NCBI GenBank assembly: GCA_031425655.1
Contig: JANPJS010000056.1
Location: forward strand, 1 to 27,984
Reading direction: 5' to 3'
Length of the DNA: 27,984 nt
From: Abditibacteriaceae bacterium
GTDB lineage: Bacteria; Armatimonadota; Abditibacteriia; Abditibacteriales; Abditibacteriaceae
The stretch's first letter is position 1, and each line of letters begins with the position of its first letter. A model generated the notes under the pieces. It did not search any database, was not told where the DNA came from, and saw only the letters and a list, made by a program, of their open reading frames with translations. Below are positions 24,412 through 27,984 of the stretch, piece by piece. The translations under genes were made by a program, and so were the position numbers.

Positions 24412-26730
24412 ATGCCGCAAAACTCCGGTGCCGTGCCGCCGACCAATTTACCAACAATTTCGCGCCGGCCTTCGTTTTTGACGAAGGCTTTAGGCGGTTC
24501 GGCGACTCTGCACGCCGTTTTGCTGATGGTGCTGTGGCTTTGGCCCGTGCCGCCCGAAAAATCGCGCGAAGTATTGCTCGAAGTGGATTTGCGCGAGCCG
24601 GAAAAGAAGCTCGAAGCCAAGCCGACGCCGGTTCCCACGCCGCCCAAAGCGCAGCCGACAAAGCCGCCTGTCGCCAAAAAGCCGGAGCCAAAACCAACGC
24701 CTCGACTGGCTAAAGTGCCAACGCCGGAGCCGCCAAAACCCAAACCGACAGCCGAAACTAAAAAGCCCGAACCCAAGCCGACGCCCGAAATGAAACCGAC
24801 GGCGCCGCCTAAAAGTCTGCTCGCCAAAGTGCCGACACCGGCACCGAAAACCGAGCCGAAACCGACGCCCGAACCGGCTAAAAAAGCCGCTAACGAGCCG
24901 ACGCCGGGCCTCAAAGACAAAACCACGCGCAAAGACATCGAAAAAGCGCCGGAGAAATTCGCCGGCTTGGAACGCTTCCCGAAACCCGGCGACGGCGCGC
25001 CTAAAAGTCCGTCCAAGCCGCGTTTCGACGACAACACCGGCGATTTAGCCGGTGACCGCACACCCGGCGCAGGACGACGCGATCCCGGCACACGGCGCAA
25101 CTCGCGCGGTTCCAGTTCCTTCGACGAAGCCGCGACCAATCAACCCGACACCGCCGGGCAAAACAACGGCGCGCAAACGCCATTGCCCAGAGGCATCGCC
25201 ACCGGCCAGCGATTGGCGCAAAATAACAGCCTCGCGTCCGGCACATTGGACAATACCAACTTCGGCGCGGGCCGCGACGGCGGCGGCTCGAAGGGCAATT
25301 TCAGCAATAACGCGGGCACCGGCTCGCGCACCGGCAAAAACCCCGAATTAGCCGGCACTGACGGCGCGGGCGGCATGACTTTGCCGCGTTCGCGCGCCAA
25401 ACGTGGCGGCGGTGGCGGCACAGACGCGCGCTTCGCCATTTTGCCGCGCCCTGACTCGAACGCGATACAACTTGATATGCCGAGCCTGACACCGGGCGGC
25501 GGCGGCGGTGCGGGCGGCGGGCGCGGAGGCGGCGTCGGAGGTTCCAGCGGCGGCGGCATCGGAAATATGCTGGCCGGAGCCGAACGCGGCGCGCTGAAAA
25601 CGCGACCCGGCGGCGGCATCGGCGCCGGGAAAGGCAATGGCACCGGCGGCGCGCCCGGCAGCGGACGCGGTGGCGGCGAAGAAGCGGGCGGAGGCGGCGG
25701 TTCCGGCGGTGGATTCGGACGCGGACAGGGCAGCGGTTACGGCGACGGCAAAGGCGGTTCGGGCGGCGGCGGTGGCCGTCGCAAAGGCCGCTTGGCCGGT
25801 GATCCGTTTGGCGATCCGAACGGTTCGCGCAAAGGCGATGGAAGCGGCGGAGGCGGTTCGGGAGGTGGCCCCGGCGGGCCGGGAAAGGGGCCGCTTTTGG
25901 CTTCGCGCGGCGGCGACGGCCCCGGCGATGGCGCGGGACGCGGCGCCGGTCGTGGCAGCGGTTCGGGCGCAGGTGAAGGCAGCGGGCCGGGACGCGGGGC
26001 CGGCGGCTTTGGGCGAGGCCCCGGTGCGGGCGCCGGCAAAGGCTCCGGCGATGGCGGAGCGCCGGGCATCGGCGGCGGCAATGGCGGCGGCGGTGGCGGG
26101 CGCGGTCGTGGCGGGCAAGGCGGCGACGATGGCCCCGGCAACGGCGACGATAACGCCGGCAATGGCGGCTTGCGCGGACGACCTCTGCGCGGACGGGCCG
26201 GCGCGCGGCGCGAAGGCGACAGCGAAAGCGACATCGGACGCGGCATCTGGGGCGGTTTTCGCATCCAGTATTTTCAGGACACTGCCGATCATCCCGACGA
26301 GCCGGACGCCACTTTTAAGCCCGGCAATCCGATTGACTGGCCGGTTTTCACCAAGCCGATTAAAACCACCACTGCGCCGGTTCTCGACTTCAACTGGGGC
26401 ACCAAACCGCCCGCGCCGGGAATGCGCCACACGTTCTGGAGCCTGAAAGCGATGGGCAAAATCTTCGTGCCCAAAGACGATACTTACGAGTTTTATTTCG
26501 ACGAACTCGACGACGCCGGGCGGCTTTATCTCGACGGCAAAAAGATCATTGACGTGTGGCTGGTGCAAAAAAGCACGCCGTCCAGCAGCAAGTTTTTCTT
26601 GAAGCGCGGCCCGCACGACCTGGTCATCGAATACGTGCAAGGCCCGGCGGTTGCGGCCAGCATCAAACTGGCTTGGAAATCGTCGTCCTTCGGCAAAGAA
26701 GTCGTCGGCGTCTACAAGCCGCCGGATTAG
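24412..26730 (+). CDS. TonB/TolA-like membrane-anchored protein with Pro/Lys-rich and Gly-rich linkers and a C-terminal PA14 domain
   Basis: TM segment GGSATLHAVLLMVLWLW (SxxxH), KPEPKPTP repeats and a long Gly-rich tract. C-terminus LDFNWG..P..PG...GKIFVPKDDTYEF..ELDDAGRLYLDGKKIIDVW...GPHDLVIEYVQ...IKLAW is PA14-like. Confidence 0.85.
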   Translation: MPQNSGAVPPTNLPTISRRPSFLTKALGGSATLHAVLLMVLWLWPVPPEKSREVLLEVDLREPEKKLEAKPTPVPTPPKAQPTKPPVAKKPEPKPTPRLAKVPTPEPPKPKPTAETKKPEPKPTPEMKPTAPPKSLLAKVPTPAPKTEPKPTPEPAKKAANEPTPGLKDKTTRKDIEKAPEKFAGLERFPKPGDGAPKSPSKPRFDDNTGDLAGDRTPGAGRRDPGTRRNSRGSSSFDEAATNQPDTAGQNNGAQTPLPRGIATGQRLAQNNSLASGTLDNTNFGAGRDGGGSKGNFSNNAGTGSRTGKNPELAGTDGAGGMTLPRSRAKRGGGGGTDARFAILPRPDSNAIQLDMPSLTPGGGGGAGGGRGGGVGGSSGGGIGNMLAGAERGALKTRPGGGIGAGKGNGTGGAPGSGRGGGEEAGGGGGSGGGFGRGQGSGYGDGKGGSGGGGGRRKGRLAGDPFGDPNGSRKGDGSGGGGSGGGPGGPGKGPLLASRGGDGPGDGAGRGAGRGSGSGAGEGSGPGRGAGGFGRGPGAGAGKGSGDGGAPGIGGGNGGGGGGRGRGGQGGDDGPGNGDDNAGNGGLRGRPLRGRAGARREGDSESDIGRGIWGGFRIQYFQDTADHPDEPDATFKPGNPIDWPVFTKPIKTTTAPVLDFNWGTKPPAPGMRHTFWSLKAMGKIFVPKDDTYEFYFDELDDAGRLYLDGKKIIDVWLVQKSTPSSSKFFLKRGPHDLVIEYVQGPAVAASIKLAWKSSSFGKEVVGVYKPPD

Positions 26731-26759
26731 AAGTGATAAAATGCTCGTCGGAGGACGCC

Positions 26760-26984
26760 ATGCAAAAAGTGTTAAAACTGGAAATTCCCGCTGAAGAAGT
26801 CGCGCAAGTGCAAGCCGAAATCGAGCATTTGCTGACCGAAATGCGTGCTTCTAACGAGCGCATGAAAAAAGATCAGGAAGAAATCGAGCGCAGCAAAGCG
26901 CGCACTCGCGCCATGTTAGCGGAGTTGGAGCAATTCATGGGGCGCTCTAAAAGCTCGAAAGGTGGCGTGTTGCGGCGCTCTTGA
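26760..26984 (+). CDS. Small coiled-coil hypothetical protein
   Basis: GGAGG RBS before ATG 26760; amphipathic helical sequence. Confidence 0.7.
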   Translation: MQKVLKLEIPAEEVAQVQAEIEHLLTEMRASNERMKKDQEEIERSKARTRAMLAELEQFMGRSKSSKGGVLRRS

Positions 26985-27235
26985 AGCAGCTTCTCGACTA
27001 TGTTCGGCAACTGGTGTCGGCGACGCAGACAATCGAAAGCAACAAGCAGGAAATCAAAGACTTAACTCAGCAAGTTGAGCAACTGACGGCTTTAATCCGC
27101 GACATCGCTTATGAAACGCGCTACGAACTGAACAACGAGCGGCACGAACGCGAAAAATTAATGCTCAAAATGGAAAACGAGATGTTGCGTTTCGAGCGCC
27201 GCCTGCCGCCGGGCAAAACCAAAGACGAAGAGTGA
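26981..27235 (+). CDS. Small coiled-coil hypothetical protein
   Basis: TTGA start/stop overlap with the previous ORF; heptad pattern IKDLTQQVEQLTALI. Confidence 0.7.
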   Translation: MKQLLDYVRQLVSATQTIESNKQEIKDLTQQVEQLTALIRDIAYETRYELNNERHEREKLMLKMENEMLRFERRLPPGKTKDEE

Positions 27236-27265
27236 ACGCCGCGCCAAAATTGGCGCGGCGTTTTT
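27235..27265. terminator. Intrinsic terminator between convergent genes
   Basis: aacgccgcgccaa-aa-ttggcgcggcgtt followed by ttt. Confidence 0.8.
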
Positions 27266-27266
27266 A

Positions 27267-27827
27267 TTAACTCAGCTCGGCTTTGCGCGCTTCTAATTTG
27301 TGAATCGGATGATCGTCTTGGCGCGCGTGACAGTAGACAGCCGTCCATTCGGCCAAGCGCTGACCTAAACGCCGACACGAATTTTGAATGTCTTCGTCAC
27401 GCGGTTCGCGCGGGCCGACGGCGCCATAATGTAACGTCGTCAGCTTGCCCGTATAATCGGTGACGCCGAAAACTAAAAAGCCGAAGTTGATTAGAACCGT
27501 GAGCAGGCTTTGGCAGGCCATCTCCATGCCGCCGCCCCAGCCGCCCGCCGAGGAAAAAGCGCAGGCGATTTTGCCGTCCACTTCCATCCAGTGCGGCGCC
27601 ATCGCTTCGTCCCAGAAGCGTTTCATCTTCCACGAAAGCAGGCCCATGTTGGTCGGACTGCCGACGGCCAAGCCATCGCACCAGAATACGTCGTCCGGCG
27701 TCGCTTCGTCAATCGAACGCAGACGCACTTCGGTGTCTTTGAGCGTCGCGGCGCCTTCGGCCACGAACTCCGCCATGCGCCGCGTATTGCCCGACGCCGA
27801 ATCGAAAAGCACAAGAATTTTATTCAC
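27267..27827 (-). CDS. Flavodoxin-fold NAD(P)H:quinone oxidoreductase (WrbA-like)
   Basis: FDSASGNTRRMAEFVAEGA, AVGSPTNMG and FSSAGGWGGG. Confidence 0.88.
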   Translation of the reverse strand: MNKILVLFDSASGNTRRMAEFVAEGAATLKDTEVRLRSIDEATPDDVFWCDGLAVGSPTNMGLLSWKMKRFWDEAMAPHWMEVDGKIACAFSSAGGWGGGMEMACQSLLTVLINFGFLVFGVTDYTGKLTTLHYGAVGPREPRDEDIQNSCRRLGQRLAEWTAVYCHARQDDHPIHKLEARKAELS

Positions 27828-27839
27828 GGATTTATCTTA

Positions 27840-27984
27840 TAGCCTCATCTTACGCGGTTGGCTTGTGGTAGCGAAACTGAAGAGCTGATGACCAAGCACA
27901 ACTTACGCCTGCTCGACCTTTACACGGATTACCTGTTGTCGTCCTTCGGGGCCACCACCGCGACCGGATTATCGCGCTTGCTGC
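27840..27984 (+). mobile_element. Left end of an IS701-like insertion sequence; transposase starts at ATG 27888 and runs off the window
   Basis: Hand translation MTKHNLRLLDLYTDYLLSSFGATTATGLSRLL resembles the N-terminus of IS701-family DDE transposases. The left boundary is approximate. Confidence 0.75.

Noticed and set aside
25480..26200. Collagen-like domain
   Set aside because: There is no sustained Gly-X-Y periodicity; the tract has poly-Gly runs and irregular spacing.
25140..26640. Long antisense and alternative-frame ORFs (430, 269, 175 and 167 aa)
   Set aside because: These are shadows of the GC-rich Gly-codon tract of the 24412-26730 gene.
20238..26730. Calling the locus a canonical tol-pal or tonB-exbBD operon
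   Set aside because: No tolB, pal or TonB-dependent receptor is present, and the transducer lacks a recognisable TonB_C/TolA C-terminal domain, so gene symbols were withheld.
1..27984. tRNA, rRNA or known riboswitches
   Set aside because: None were recognised by eye. An Infernal/Rfam scan would be needed to exclude them.

Overview
Bacterial chromosomal window, moderately GC-rich. Codon style and gene content are loosely reminiscent of Armatimonadota/Abditibacteriota, which is an unverified impression. From the left it holds a tandem ThyX-like gene, an AEC transporter and a DUF456 gene. Next is a partial complex I cluster (nuoC-D-E-[Uma2 endonuclease]-F-[ferredoxin]-G-H-I) that lacks nuoA/B and nuoJ-N. 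After that come a self-contained two-gene cassette with a near-consensus sigma70 promoter and a perfect 36-bp palindrome, a secreted galM, a pepD-like peptidase, pyrF and a PIG-V-like mannosyltransferase. An AT-rich islet (SLATT-like 2TM protein plus a small ORF) abuts a truncated PIN/VapC toxin and its intact antitoxin-like gene. The most interesting unit is an operon encoding a ~950-aa secreted TPR protein, ExbB/TolQ, ExbD/TolR and a TonB-like SxxxH-anchored protein with Pro-rich and Gly-rich linkers that ends in a PA14 domain instead of a TonB/TolA C-terminal domain. The window ends with two small coiled-coil genes, a WrbA-like flavodoxin and the start of an IS701-like transposase. Many intergenic gaps, including most of those inside the nuo cluster, contain inverted-repeat elements of several distinct families, some nested. 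All product calls come from motif recognition by eye; no searches were run.
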